From Hyphochytrium catenoides (Eukaryota > Protista > Hyphochytriomycota): 64,000 nucleotides of DNA. Location of the stretch: contig FLMG01000787.1 in assembly GCA_900088475.1 (NCBI GenBank), positions 1 through 64,000 of the forward strand, given 5' to 3'. The translations under genes were made by a program, and so were the position numbers. The notes under the pieces are model-generated. The model saw only the letters and a list, made by a program, of their open reading frames with translations, was not told the DNA's origin and made no database searches. Shown here in pieces: positions 34,590 to 49,500 of the stretch. Position 1 is the stretch's first letter; each line of letters starts with the position of its first letter.

Positions 34590-37500
34590 ATGGGGGCACC
34601 GGAGTTTGAAGAGGAGAATGTCATGGAGGGTGAAGAGCCAGTTGATGCGGAGGAAGATGACATGGAGCAGAGAGTACCCAGAGAGCCAGATGCCTTTCTT
34701 GCGTATTTCTCGGCAGCGATACTGAGCGGCTCTTTGAGGCGGACACAGCAAGCCGTGGAGGTGAGTAAGCTCGGATAGCAGGGGAAGAGTCTTACCACCT
34801 ACCTTCGCTAAGGTAAAGTTGCAGCATGATCTTCGCGCGTTTCTGGAGGATAACGAGGGATTAGCGCTGGCAAAGCCTCAAACTAGAACTCTGATAAAAG
34901 AGATTAGGCAGGCCGCGGACCACTTTGCAGCAAGAGATTACCAAGGTTGGCTTTGTTCAATACCCACCCGATATGGCAGGGTCTAAATGGCGTTGTCCAG
35001 GCTTACTTCTTAAGGCTACCGGTATGGCCATCACCTCGTCGAGATGCCCCGATTTCGATACAGTCTTTGCAAATGTCTTCACCGGTGAGTGAGCCATTGT
35101 CTGGCACCTATAAAGAATTTAGCCGGAGGGACCTGACATTCTGGGATAGCGTCCGCTCCAGAGGTGGCCCGCGGCAGTGCAAGAACCAGGTCTTCCAATC
35201 TAAAGCAGGTTACTATTGTCCTCGAGGCGCTTTCCAACCCGGACATGGAGGTGAAGGATGAACTTATTGAGAGGCTACTTATGGCATCGCTTCCCATCGT
35301 AGACGCCAGGTATTTCGCACAGAGACGGTAGCTGGAGCTACCCCCTCTCGCGGCTCTCTTCGTCTCAATGTTTGCTTTTTCCGTACGGTGCTAATATCGG
35401 TTCCGTCGATAGCACCCAGGACGATGTGAACCGTAGAAAGAACGTCCTTAGGTCATTTGAAGGCGTTCTGGCCAGGCACGACGCCTTGCTGAACAGGACA
35501 GTGAAACTTGCGACTTCGGAAAAAGGAGATGGCTGTGGTTTCCAAGCCATTCGGATAACCTTAGAGGTCAGGAACCAAATCCTGCCAAAGCACTTCTGCT
35601 TTTCTAGTGATGTCTTTACTCACGCAAGTGCGATCTATCTGAACCTCCTCCAGCGTCCCACCTTGCCAAGAGCCCCGCGATCGTGATGCCCTGACTGTCA
35701 TGTCCTAACAATTCTCTCTTCGCAAATCCCACTGCATCACTCCGGCTTCACTTCCCCATCTCCTTCTGTCCAGCAATGTTTGCGGAAAGGAAACATCGGG
35801 GAGCATAAGTCGCTATTTCTTGCTTCGCTGGTGAGGACAGCATTGCTAAACAAAGTTCGTCCCTCTGCCCGCCAAATTGAGTGCTACAGACCACTTCTGG
35901 CAGCGATGAGCCATGAAGAGGTAAGTTTATGGTCTGGGGCTTACCAAAGGTGGACTAGCAGTTAATACCTGCAGCACAGAACGGCTTTCTAGCTTGAGGA
36001 TACCACTAGACATTTGTGCAAACCTGAAGGGGATGGCCTAATTCAATGGGCTCCTCTTGAGGCAAACGGGACAGAGATACATTAGATTGGGTAGTTAGAC
36101 GCTTAACGTTGGTGGCTGATGACTTTCTAACGGGCTTCGACACCTTCCATACTGGTAGTTTGGTGAGGAGGTTTTGCCACACTTGACCCGTGTAATCAAG
36201 AAGAACCCGGACACAGTCTTGGAGGCCGTTGCAGTCATAGTCGAATGCCTCAGTCTAGATGTTAGCAGGTGAGTTAGAGTAGACACAACTGTTACGCTGC
36301 CGTTTACACATTTGCTGCGAATTGACCGCATGTGCAGATATGCAATGACAGCTTTCGTACCTGTGTGTCTTACGAAGCTGCGGTCGCAGAATGAGTCCGT
36401 GAGAGCCTATGCTACGCAGCTTGTGGCTGCCGTAGCTAAGCACATCAGCGACGCTGAGGTGGTTCTTGAGGTCAGCGTTCATGTTTAGACGTATCGTTTC
36501 TTTGACATCATATGGCTTTGACTGCATTGGTGAATTCTTGCGGTCGTGACACCGACTGTGATGTCGATAGCCTCTGCATTTCAACGTCAACTTGTCTCCA
36601 TCTCGCGGGGTCATGTTCGTATTGACACACCACGGCGACTTGGCTGCACAGATCATAAGGGAACTGAAAGCAGTACTAAGTGGCAAACAAGGGGTTCTGG
36701 CGCAATTCTACCAACGGGCAGGCATCTTCAGCGCGCTAAACGCTCTTCAGCTCTCCTGTCAAGCAGTAAGCTCATCAGGTACAGCTCTGGGGCTTTCTAT
36801 GCAAAGCTGCAGGAAGTCCACGATACTTATGCAACTTTCTCTCTTTGGCAGCCAGTAGAGCCATAGCAACGGCGGCCGTGGAAGCCCTTATTCCTGCCAT
36901 CAACAAAGAAGCTCATGAGGAAACGAGGAGGGATAGCTTGCTTAGCCTCGGAAGATGGCTCCGTCTACTACCAGAAGTCCCTGGTATCGCCAATATTCTC
37001 CTGTTCTGCTATCCGGCTGATACTCCACACCGTACTTGTTTAAAACTTCAGCCTATTAGCTGTTTACCTCCCACAGCTTACACTGTGGGCATTTGGGATC
37101 TGGGCTTTTTCTACTCTGCAGCGCTTTACAGCGTTTATCTTTCTGTGAGCAGTGACATCAACATTACTCAGAACAGACTACCTCCTTCATTTTCTTCCTT
37201 CTCTCGTGAAACCTCTCCTACGCTTTGATATCGACCATTCCTAGAAGTTATCAGAGCTTAGATCGAAAGGCTAAGAATTTCTTTCGTAGACCCCGCTGTG
37301 GAGATGTTATCAAAAAATCTCAAGACTGGTCCCAAAGCTTCTCCAACTGACTACTTGCGGTGTGCACTGCTTGCTATAGAAGGAACCAAAGATGGGAACG
37401 ACTGTTCTCTGAAGGCTTTGGTACCATGTCTCCTCAACATCATCGGCGATGCTGCTAAGAAGAGTACTGTCGCACAGTATGATGGAGTGCTTTCTCTCTC

Positions 37501-40500
37501 GTTACTGTTGAAGATTAGCGCACTAGACAAGGCAGCTGAGTCTGCTGCTGTCTCCAACAAAGTCTTTGACCAATTCACGACGGAGCCATCATTTCTTTAT
37601 AACAAAATGCTGCTTGACACCCAGAGCACAAGTATGTCAACGGTCTATACATTGCTTGCAGCTGAGCTTTCTTGTCCTCCTGTGCATTTCTCTCATTTCC
37701 GTCTATGGAAGACCAAATGACACTTGTTCTATCTCCCTGAGCAAAGACGCGTTAAGGTTCATCCATCGAAGCTCGCTTGGTTGTTGGTTCCTGTGGCCAG
37801 TGTCGTCTAAAACGCATGTTCGATATCGCAGGTTCAGTCGAACAGACAGTGGTGGCATCTCTTGTCAGCCTTTCTGACGCCCTATCAGGGGTCGTCATCC
37901 AGTTCCCCCAATATGTAAGACAAAAGACTAGCTCTACTGTGCTTTGCTTTGGCACCGTCGTGGAACCTCGTTTGCAGGATTACGACAGGGGATCAGCAAA
38001 AGGCCTAACCCTTGACACCAATAGTCTATCTTCTCATGCTATTAGACCTTACTCGGTATTCTTTCAGGTTTCTGGTCTTGTTGACAAGGAAGGTTATGCT
38101 CCTTACTATAAGTTGCTAGTGAGTTTAGCAACCCATACGATCTCTGAAGTTCGGACGCGAGCAAGAACGAGTATTAAAGCTGTTGTGCGGGCCATCCCGG
38201 AAGCAGGCAGTCATGTCATTGGCACAATGCATCAAGCTGTGCTTCAGCTATCTGGGTAAGCTATGGAATGAAACCCATAGTCTGACACGCACCGGCTGGG
38301 GGAACTACCCGAGTTGTTTGGAACCAACTGCAATTTGATGGGAGGACGTGGGGGGACTGACAGAGAGCTTAGAGGGATTCAGTTGCACGCGAGTGCTTTA
38401 GGTTTACAAGAGGGTCCAGCCTCTGGTATTATTTCATTTTTCTTAGCCTTCTGAAGTAAGGCATTAGGCTTGCTGCGGAGGATAACCCGGATCGTTATGA
38501 TTAGGTTGGCCATCGAGGCGAGAACTAAGGTGCGAGAGGAAGATGACTCGTCAAAGTATTGGATCCCTACGCCAGAGATCCTCTCTGCGGCGTTAAGGGC
38601 GACCTTGCAAGCAGACAGCCCATTGTCTACTCCGGATGCAGTGGCTAAGGTAAGGGCGAAGTGCTAGAGATGAAACCAGTGAGCCATAGCTCTCGTAGAC
38701 TGTGAATTCCCACTGGACCACTCCATCCGGTTCAATTTCGTCTAAAGACTTACAGGTCGCTTTCTTTTCACTCCTCTCCTCTCCTCAGACCTTCTTGTTA
38801 AGCCACCACCCTCTGCTGGAGCGAAGCCATCGCGACTATGGCAGGCAATGGCGGACCAGCCGAGGGTTACTCCTGCGCGCTGAGGATCCCGAAGCCGAGT
38901 TTGACAAGAAGCTGCGCAATGTACAGTTGCGAGAGGCAATAACTGCTCTTCTTCTCAGTGAGGAAGGTCTATACTCAGTTCTGGACTTGCAGGTTAGACG
39001 AGATGATCCGTAGGGTTAATGATAGGACTCACCACATGATGAGACAGACGAAGCATTGAAGGGAAGGCTAGGCGAATGAGTGAAGAAACACGTCATAGCA
39101 CTCCGTACCAAAGTTAGTGCTTTGGGCAAACCCGTGGGTGGGGACTTTCAGTAGGAGAGGTGGATGGAAAGGAAGTACAACAAGCTAGTCATATTTATTA
39201 GATTGTGCTGCTAATGTTCTTCGTGCAGAGAAAGGCGAGTCATCGCGCACTTGGGACTCTGCTAAAATATGTAGGGGAAGGAAATAGCGAGGAGGTTGCC
39301 CTTACTGAGATCTTTCCGACTCTTCGGGGTCACATTGGATCTGTAGAGCTTCTTTCTCTCTCTTCAAAAGAGATTGGCATCTTCCTTTCTCCGGAAGGAG
39401 AGTTGTACAACGGGGACGAAGAAAGCGGGGTATACCAAGCGCAGGTCGTCGTGTCACGGCACCTGACCGAGGATGAGAAATGGGAGCAGCAGGTGCGGGA
39501 AGAGCTCCAGAAGAAAAAGAATGTGAGTTTTGCTCTTCTGAACGCGCCAAAGCTCCGCCATGTGCGGTGACGCAGAAAGTTGACGAACTTTCTTCATCTT
39601 AAAGGCCGCCAATGCAGCCCGCAAGACCGCTAGCGCAAAAAGAGGGTCTAAAGGAGCAAATGAGGAAGATGCGAAACGTGCAAAGAAGCTTGAAGAGCAA
39701 AATGTTGTCAGAGAACGGGTAAGAACTTCTAGTGTGACGGACCACGTCACATATGAATCTACTCTTTGACTCGTTAATGCCCCTCGTTTCTGTTTTGTTT
39801 TCTATTTCTACGCGTTGCTCTAATCTCCGTTTCCTTCTTGTCTTCACAATTTTCTTACGGTCTACTCTTCTTGATGCCAATGCCCAGGTCCATGGCCTAG
39901 TTAATCTGGCCCGCTTCTCCCTTGATACTGTGGCTTCGGTTTGCTTGATGGACCCAGAGGACATACATAGCTCCATTCCTGGGCTTCTGTCCCCAGTTTT
40001 GAAGGTGACAAGGCTCTCTTAATTCACTGTATAAGGTTGTGAGTGTATCCTTTCCCCTTTACCTCACCTACCTCTGTGTCTTGTCTGGGCTGCCTTCCAC
40101 AATTGTAGGCTCTTAAAATGCCACTCGTGGCCCAGCCAGCGAGAGATGCATTGTGGGCCCTGTGTCGCGCTGTACATGAGCGCCTTCGTGACATCTCAAT
40201 TGCCATTGCTTCAGCACTTCGCTTGGCCACCTTACAGCCTTCTGACATCCCCCAATTCCCTCGATCTTTCCAAAAAGTCATTGAAGTAAGTTCAGGAGAA
40301 TTGCCTGACTGTATCCCGTATTTCATGCCATGCCTGTCTATCAAACTTACACGTCTCTCGTTATTGGATCTCACGTCGCATCGGTTAGCTGTCCATACTG
40401 TATCACTTGTTCCCAAGAGCCTCTTCTTGTTACTGCCCGCTCATAAGGAGCAATCTGAAGAATTTGTTGCTTACCTGCGTCTTCATATTAACTTTGCCTT

Positions 40501-43500
40501 CCCCCAAAATACCACAACAATATTAGGTTATGGAGGTCGAAGTGTTGGATAGTGCTGAGGGTGTTGACCCTATCCCACCACCGTCTTTTCACCTAGTTTT
40601 CCCCATCTTGCAGGTCGCCTTTCTTGCTGCTCACTATTGAGTTTAGGTGCTCTCTCATCGACTTACTATTACTGAGCTCCTTGTGTCGTTCTTGGCTACT
40701 CTCGATATGTTGCTGAGTCTCCCGTGTTAGGTTGCTTGTTCAGATACGTTGCTAGTATCACCTAGCTGACCTCCACCCAACCACCATCAGACAATGTTTA
40801 CCAACGATTTTCCTTTCCTAGGCCCTTCTGTTGTTAGAGAAGCCTATTCAGGGATGTGATAGTGCTCTCACCCTTATTGCGGCACATTGCCGCATCATCA
40901 GTGAGGACGAGGAGGAAGAACCGGGAGATGCAGATGCGCAGCGGCAGTTGCGGAAGCCTCTTATCTCCCTCTTGCTTTCAGTTCTCGCCAAACATCCCAA
41001 GGCCCAGCCGCCTCCCGATCAGCTTCTTGCCAGAGTCTGTGCCGGACCCTCCTTGAGCCTTGGAGAGTGGCAGCCTTTGCTTAGCGATTCTGGTGAGAAA
41101 GGTTGGCTTATTGAAGGGCCATTTCCCTGGGCAGGGCTAGGCTTGGTATCCGCTTTCAGAAATTTCAGTGTCGTGACAGAGAATGCTAGACCATGAAGTT
41201 ATTTCCAGTGCTAAGAGCGCTAATCCTGCGATACAGGCATCCTTGCCCCAGAAGCACACGTTCGGTTTGCATGCTTGCGAACTCTTCTTATGCTCCAGGC
41301 AAATGGTATGGCCCTGAGCCAGGTGCAGAACCCTCTTTTGGTATCCAGAATGTGGCTGGCCCGGTATGACGTGGATGAACAGAACCAGACTATTGCGGAG
41401 CACGTCTGGGAACAGAGCGGTATGATCTTAGGGTCACTAGGGGAGTTATGGATGGTATACTGATGCAAGCACCACCATCTCTCTACCATGTCGACAGATT
41501 GTGAAGTAACCACTATGTATGCGGGCCCATTGATTGCCCTCCTCTCTCATGAGTCCGAGGATATCAGGGAAGCTGTAGGGAAAGCCCTTGGAGATGCCAT
41601 TCTGGTAGGGCAGTGTAACCGTAGCGGCTGTTAAGTATTGGACCGTGATGCCTTCTGCCAAAGGCAACGTTCGCCGGCATGTAATGTTAGTGTCTGATCT
41701 TGTGCTTCTCAGGAATATCCTGAGACTTCAAGCTCAACCACAAGTCGCCTGCTGTCACTATTTAGGAACAAGATTCCTCCCCCACCTCCACCTCCTGACC
41801 CCCTAGACATTAGGGCCAGAGAGCGGATAGAGATCAAACCAGAGGTATAATGTCCTTGCTTCCAACCCCTCCGGAACGCCGACGGATTGCCCATGCTCTA
41901 TGTTGGCTTTCATTCGGTCCTATGTCAGTTGAACTAATGTGTGGGTCTCATCTCTCTTGATGCCCTACATAAGGCGATGTGCGGTCGTGGGGTGGCACAT
42001 GCTTTTACTTCACTCTAAACCTACCCTGTTTTCTTGATGAAATACTTGATACGGGATTGGGCTGCCTTTAATGAGAGCCACACGAGGGGTAGAGTACGCT
42101 TGTAGGGCAAAATGTCTCCCCAAAGGCAGAGTCTAACTACCCTCACAATTGTGTTTCCATTATGTGTAGGATGCCACTACTTGGGTTCCCCGGCATGGAG
42201 TGAGTCTAGCCCTGGAGAGTATAGCCAAGGCTGTGGTACGACTACCTTTCTCCATCCCGCTGTCCCAACAATGGACCTAAGTCTCCATATGTTACTTTTG
42301 TCATTCTACGGCCATGCCACCACCCTGCTGGCTGTATCAGGCCTTTTCGGAGGAGGATGTGCAAGCTGTGATTCACTTCATTGTTGAGTTTGGTCTGGGA
42401 GATAGTCACGAGCGTGTCCGGGCCCAGATGCTCAAAGCGGGTATGTGTGCACCGCCACCTCGAGATGGGATTAACTTGTCTGAAAGGCTTTTATTGCTTC
42501 AGGCATTCAACTTATTGACAGTTACGGAAAGGATCAGATGACAACCCTTCTCCCGCTTCTCGAGGGTTTCCTCAACGCGGACGCTCCACCTGCAGAATCA
42601 GAGGAGGTCTCGTTTACTGCTACACCCCAATTTTTGAGTCATTCCTCTCGGCAGCCCAAACACATTGCCTCTAAGGCGACGTTCTCAATGCCTCCTCTTC
42701 AAAGTGTTATTCTTCCATATTTACTTATGTTGCCCCATTAACCTTCTGCTGTAAAAGGACATCCGGAAGCATGATGCTCAACGAGAAGGGGTCGTTGTTC
42801 TTCTTGGAAGTTTAGCGAAGCATATGAAGAAAGAAGATCCTAAGGTGGCTGGAACAGTGAACATCCTTATACAAGCGCTAGGAACACCCTCCGAATCGGT
42901 ACAGAGGGCCGTTTCTTCGTGCCTGTTTCCCCTTGTTCCGTCCGTAAGAGAGAAAGGAGGGCCGCTCCTTGACTCCCTACTAGAAAAATGCCTAGGAGGA
43001 CCTACATATGGCGACAGAAGAGGGGCTGCGTATGGCATTGCGGCAGTAGTTAAAGGACTTGGAATTGCATCTCTCAAGCAGCATAACATCATCTCGAGGT
43101 AAGCGTTGAAATCGACCTCAACAAGACATGTTGTCCCGAAGAAAAACGCTTCTTAAACATCGGAATCGGCGACGGGGGGAGTGAAAGATTCCAAGCTGGA
43201 GCACTACCTCTTTATCCTATTCTCGTCTGGATGTTTTCTGGATTAACTTTTCTGATGTGCAGGTTAGAAGCTGCCTGTTCTGGCAAATCAGTTGAGGGCC
43301 GCCAAGGTAGCCTCTTCGCATTTGAGCTCCTCTGTGCTCGGTTAGGAATACTTTTCGAGGTAAATCGCCGGTTATACGGTAGATAATTGGACTATCATCT
43401 TCCGCCGCTATAATCGTTTTTATTGTTCTTTAGGACGGCTTGTCTTGTTTTTCCACCCATCAGCAATCTAATACGTTCTGTTATTGCAGCCCTACGTGAT

Positions 43501-46500
43501 CGTCATCCTCCCGAGCTTATTAAGGTCCTTTAGTGATAATGCCCAACCGGTTCGTGACGCAGCCCATGACGCTTCCCGTGCAATCATGGGAAACCTTTCT
43601 GGCCATGGTGTGAAGCTTGTTCTTCCAACCCTCCTCCGGTCGCTGGAGGATGATCAATGGCGTACCAAGCAAGCAGCAATTCAACTCCTCGGTGCTATGG
43701 CATACTGTGCACCAAAGCAACTGGGCTCTTGTCTACCGCAAATTGTACCAAGGCTTTCGGAGGCCTTGACTGACAGCCATCCTAAGGTTCGCGCAGCAGG
43801 CAAGCTTGCGTTGGATGATGTGGGTTCTGTTATCAGAAATCCGGAGATATCAGCGCTTTCTCCTGTTATACTGGCCGCTCTGATCGAACCTAGCGTGAAG
43901 GTAAGGGAATGCATCACTGGACATAGTTCTAGCTGCGGGCTTGCTTATGTTTCTAGCTACTAGACGCAACATTATATGCACCTTTTTGCCATTCTCACAA
44001 TTTCTGATAAGCCCAGTTGTACTAATGTATTGTTTCACTTGTTTTTTGGGCCCAGACCGCCGCGGCTCTGGAGGCCTTACAAAGCACTGCATTTGTGCAT
44101 TCAATTGACGCCCCATCTTTGGCTCTAATCATTCCTGTCGTTATGCGAGGTGGGTGTCGCCTTCCATCTTCTGACAGCCAGCTACTTGGGTTGCGATGCG
44201 ATCTGCCAGATCTCTTACCTGCTGCCCCTATTGCACTCTTGCATCCACTGTTGGTTCCTTATGGCGCTATCTCAGGTCTGAAGGATCGTGGCACTGACAC
44301 GAAGAAGACAGCGGCACTGATTGTTGGTAACATGTGCACCATGATCAATGAGCCGAAGGATATTCTTCCTTACGTTCCTGTAATTATGCCACTGCTCAAA
44401 GGTAATAGACTGATGTCGCTACAGCCTTGTGCAAGCACAGCATTCTCAGTGGGGCCAAAGTTCGGATTGTAGTCACTGACCGCTCTCGCCTAAGGAATTT
44501 GCGTGGACCCCATCCCTGATGTGCGAGGACTGGCTGCCAAATCTATTGGAATGTTAGTGAGGGGCCTTGGAGAGGAGCAGTTCCCAGATCTTCTTGGCTG
44601 GCTGCTTGATACGACCAAGAGTGAGAGCAGTAGTGTTGAGCGTTCAGGAGCTGCACAGGCGCTATGTGAAGTTCTTGTGGCCCTGGGTGCAGATAGGCTT
44701 AATGAGGTATGGCCAACAGAGTGACGTTACTAAATCCTCTATGTGTGTTAAACTGTTAGAATTTTCTGGCATATGGCTTCGCTGCTTTCGTAAATAATCT
44801 ACCGAAGTCGTCTGTATCGCTGCTAGCTAGCGATGACATATCCTCATGTAACCTTGGTCACCAATTGCGCACAGACACTGGATGAGCTTTTGCCATTAAG
44901 CAACCACCCGAAATCATACGTCCGGGAAGGCGTGATGTGGACTTTAGCATTTCTTCCCAATGCTATGGGTCGAATGTTCGCTTCTTTCATTCCCAGGGCA
45001 ATGCCAATTATTGTTGAGGTAAGCCGGAAACGACTCCTATCTTTGAACCATAGGTCCTGGTTTCTAGGGAGTGTGATTGGTCGTTTGGAGAAAGGAAAGT
45101 AAGATTCCCTGCAGCAATATATGCTAACTATTAACTACAGGGGCTAGCGGATGAATCTGATATGGTCCGGGAGGTCGCGATGAGAGCAGGTCCGTAGCGT
45201 TATCCTCAAGGATATGGAGCTGGAAGGATGTTCTGTACTCAACCACGACGAGAGTCGCTGTAGCTAACTCTTTTGGTCTTCTACTTTCCTCAGGCCAAGT
45301 GCTGGTCAATGCTCACAGTCTGTCGAATACCAATGAAATTCTCCCTACTCTAGAGGAGGGACTATTTGATGATAACTGGCGAATTAGGCAGAGCTCGGTC
45401 ATGCTTCTCGGTGACTTCCTTTACCGGCTTGGTGGCGTCAGAGCCGTTGGAATGGCGCATGGTGACGAGGACGATGATGCGCAGGGCAGCCATGCTGCTA
45501 ATAGGGCTATTATCAAGGTAGGCAGTTGAATGTGCCAGCTAGGGTGCAGCTGGCAGGAAGGCAGCCATAAAGGGACAAAAACCTCAAAACCTCAGACGAG
45601 CACTTGGTAAAGAGAGATAAAATGCCCTGTGGCTCATATCGTCTCACCAACATTGTCTCTTCAAGGCATTGGGCATGGAACGGCGCAACGCCGTTATTGC
45701 TTCTCTGTACATGATCCGCTCGGATACTAGCGCAGTTGTCCGCCAGAGCGCACTTCAAGTTTGGAAGTCAATTATTGCAAACACGCCGAAGTACGTGCGT
45801 GATCCTCTTGTTGGCTTTGGCCGTGTCAAATTCTCTGCGGTGCATTCTTCTAGTACAGCTCCTTTTGGAATTTGGGGTACTCACTCTGCAACCGTTATGC
45901 TCTCCGTCGCCACTAATTTCCGGGTCATCACCAGGACTTTGCGCGAAATTTTGCCAACCCTTGTAAACTCCATATTAACCGCCCTCTCGTCGGTGAATGT
46001 GGACAAGCGGCTAGTTGCTGGTCGGACTCTAGGAGACCTGGGTACGTCACTAGAAGTTCCATCAACCTATTCCCGTGGCCATTTTTCCTTAATGTCGGTG
46101 GTTGAAGATGGGTCAGCTTCGCTATGAGAACTAGTTTGTCTCTCGTGGTCATCTTGCTAAGACCACAGCCTTCTCCTGCTTCTAATCTTTTAATCTACGT
46201 CTCTTTTGTTGAGTGAACGGATTTCTCACTGTTGCTTGCTCTCCTAGTCCGTAAGCTAGGAGACCGAGTCCTTCCAGAGATCATCCCAATCTTCAGGAGT
46301 GGTCTCAAGAAAGACGACAAGAACCTTAGACAAGTGCGTTCTATAACCGTGGCCTTATCGGTTCTTGATCAATTGACCGGACCTCTACTTACACCTCGCT
46401 CGAAAACTAACCTTTAATTAATCAGGGAGTTTGTCTGGGTCTGTCTGAAGTGCTTACTGCAGCCTCGAAGAAACAGCTTGAGGAATATTTGAACACAATC

Positions 46501-49500
46501 GTCTTGGCAGTACAAGACGCACTCTGTGACCCTGTCTCGGAGGTAAGTACCCGACCTTCCATCTACTATAGCAAACCCTCACATCTCAGCTTGCCCATTC
46601 TCAGTGTTCCTCAACCAACCGGTGGCTTGCGAGAATTCTTCAGTTATCATTCTGCCTTTCCATAGCACTTTCTATCAAATATGCGTTGCCTTATCCGCTC
46701 CAATCCTAGGTGCGGGAGTCGGCCGCCAAAGCCTTCCAAACTTTGCAAAAAAGCGTGGGAGCTAGAGCAGCAGACGAGATCGTCCCAACACTGCTGGTAA
46801 CTTATTCATTAGTCTCCCCACAACGCTACTTCGTAGAAGTCATCCCACCCCGCTTATGTTCACGTTTTTTCTAGCGCCTGTATAATACCACCTAGACTTA
46901 AGACTCTCCTCCTTACCTCATTCTAGCCAAGGCATCTTACACCTTTAGGCCAAACCGGACAGTGTACATCTTATATCGTATCCACATATCCTACTCTTCA
47001 ACAGCCTTGCCTTGCTGGGGTTAGTGTCTCCCTCCCTTGACATGCTCTTCCTCCCTAAATATTATAGGCTGCTCTGGAGTCTGGCTCTGCGGAGCGATCA
47101 CATCGCGCTCTTAAGGGCTTGCAGGAAGTCTTGGCCCTGCGATCCAAAGAAGTACTACCAGCTCTTCTTCCCAAACTACTCGCTCGCCCCTACACGATAC
47201 CGCATATGCAGGCAAGTAACGTGCCGGTCGCATTCATCCTTACCTTTTTAACGTCTTCTAGCTGCTCTCCTTCAATCGCAAAACGGCTAAGTCTCGGTCA
47301 GCCTCCACATATTTGTGATAGTCCTTTGCGCGCTACCTTTGCTGCGGTAGCCTCTGCTTCCGCCTATTCTTGCTACAATAGAGTTGATATGTGCTTCACG
47401 GGTCCGACGAGCTCATTTCCTTATCTATCAGGCATTGGGGGCAGTAGCGGAAGTCACTGGGTCAACCATCCATTTCTATCTGGAGGGCATTTTCAACAAG
47501 CTGCTTCCAGCTGTGGCAGGCTTGGATGAACACATTGGGGGAGAGGGACAGAAGAAGAGGAGTGATGCGGAATCAAAGGAAGTAGAGGAAAATGAGCAGG
47601 ACGAGGAGGTGGAAGAGGCAATGAAGAGTGCGCTTTGCAAGCTTGTGACTTCTGTCCAAACCGTGGGGGTCCATTGGCTAGTGCAGGAACTCCTGAAGGC
47701 AGGCGCAGACGACAGGCCAGAACTTCGGAAGGCTGCGCTGTGGCTACTAGGCGAATTTTTCAGCCATACGAAGGCTGAAATTCTTCCGGAAGTTCCTTTA
47801 GTACTCAGAGAGCTCCTCTTACGGTAGGTCCGACTGTCAAGTCTTGAACTTGTTCTGCGCACCCTTTCAAAAGGAAAGAAAGGATGATTGGTGGCGTCCT
47901 CATTTTGCAATTGTCTCGGCCATGAGCTATACATCTCTCTGACCATCGGCTTTCTTCAAACATTTGACGCTGCGCAGCCTCACGGATTCGAACACCGATG
48001 TCTTGATGGCTCTTAATTCTGCGCTTCTGGCGCTGAACAAGGCAGTACGACCAGAAGAACTAGTGCGGCACTTGGACTTTACCCGAAACCACATCAATTC
48101 CATCGTCAGCACAGCCAGGCACAGGAAGGGCGGTGTAGGAGAAGGAGAGTTCCTTCTGCCTGGTATGCCGGAGTTAGTTTGCCGCTCTTGAGCCGTCACT
48201 GGGCATTCGCCTTCGCCCGGATTAGATCTGGTGTAGATCCTCTATGTAGCGTTCATGTTTCAATCTTCGAAGTCCTTGCGTACTGCGTGTACCGCCTTAG
48301 CAATTGACTTTCCCTGACCTTCCCATGCGCCATCGCTTTCGATTGTTCTTCTTGGTTCTCGATGGCTGTTGGTTTGTAACGCTTTGAGGGCTTCCTAGCC
48401 TACTGACACCACGGTTGCTTTGGGTACGATTCGCTCCTCTTGATGTACGCTGTAGGATTTTGCATCAAGCGTGGGCTCGAGCCGCTCCTTCCTCTTTATC
48501 AACAGGGCTTAATGTATGGCAGCCCAGAAGTTAGGGAAGCAGCTGCACAGGGGCTCGGGGAACTGGTTGCAGTGACGAGCGAGGAAGCTTTGAAGCCGTT
48601 TCTCATCAAGATTACAGGGCCTCTTATCAGAATTGTCGGAGACAGGTTCCCTTGGCAGGTAAGCAACAATCTTGCTGTAGTCATGAAAGAGCATCTACGA
48701 CCTTGGATGTGCCAAGACATGCTCGAGGTCTAATCGGCACCAATCTACCTCCATCGGCAGGTCAAGGCAGCTATCTTGGACACTCTTGCCCTCCTCCTCT
48801 CTCGTGGTGGAGTGCATCTCAAGGCGTTTCTCCCACAACTACAAACGACCTTTATTAAGGCGCTTAACGATTCCCAGGAGCAGGTCAGGAGGCGTGGAGC
48901 TGCAGGGCTTGCACGGCTGATGCGCTTGAGCCCCAGAGTAGATCCAGTAGTAGCTGAGCTCCTGGGAGGACTTAGCCACAGCGACAGAGATGTCAGAGCA
49001 GCGATGGTGCGTTCAAAACGGCTGCGTCGGTTTAGTAGACTTCTTCATCATTACCTTAGTCAGTTTTCTATTCGGCATGACATGGCTCTGTCAAGTTTTG
49101 TTGCTCGCTCGATCCTAGCTGGTGATCCAACTCGGTCACTCTTTCTCTGATTTCTGCAATCTTTGGGACAGGGTGGAACGGTTGTCGGATCGCATTACCT
49201 ATTGAAAGTGGTTGAGAACGGGAGAGTTTATGATGGAAAGGGGAAGAGAGATAGGAAGTCCATCCGGCCTAACCTTTACAAATATTACGCTTTGAGTTGT
49301 CATCGCTCTGCCTCACACATCTCTTTCACAGATCTCAGCCCTCTCGCTGGTGCTAAAAGAGGTAGGCAGCAAAGTCTCTGCACAGGCTCTGAGACAGGCG
49401 GCGGAGGTGTTATCCAAGAACTTGGACAACGCAGAAGATGACACCCGCCAGGCTGTTGCCGGCGCTCTAGGATGGTAAGAGGGAATATTTTTAGAGATGA

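Noticed and set aside
37915-45934. Several stop-free 3n introns in GCN1 (37915-38067, 44150-44275, 45791-45934), plus one in PPIL2 (32537-32590)
   Set aside because: With about 50 introns of this length, a few are expected by chance, so there is no clear enrichment.
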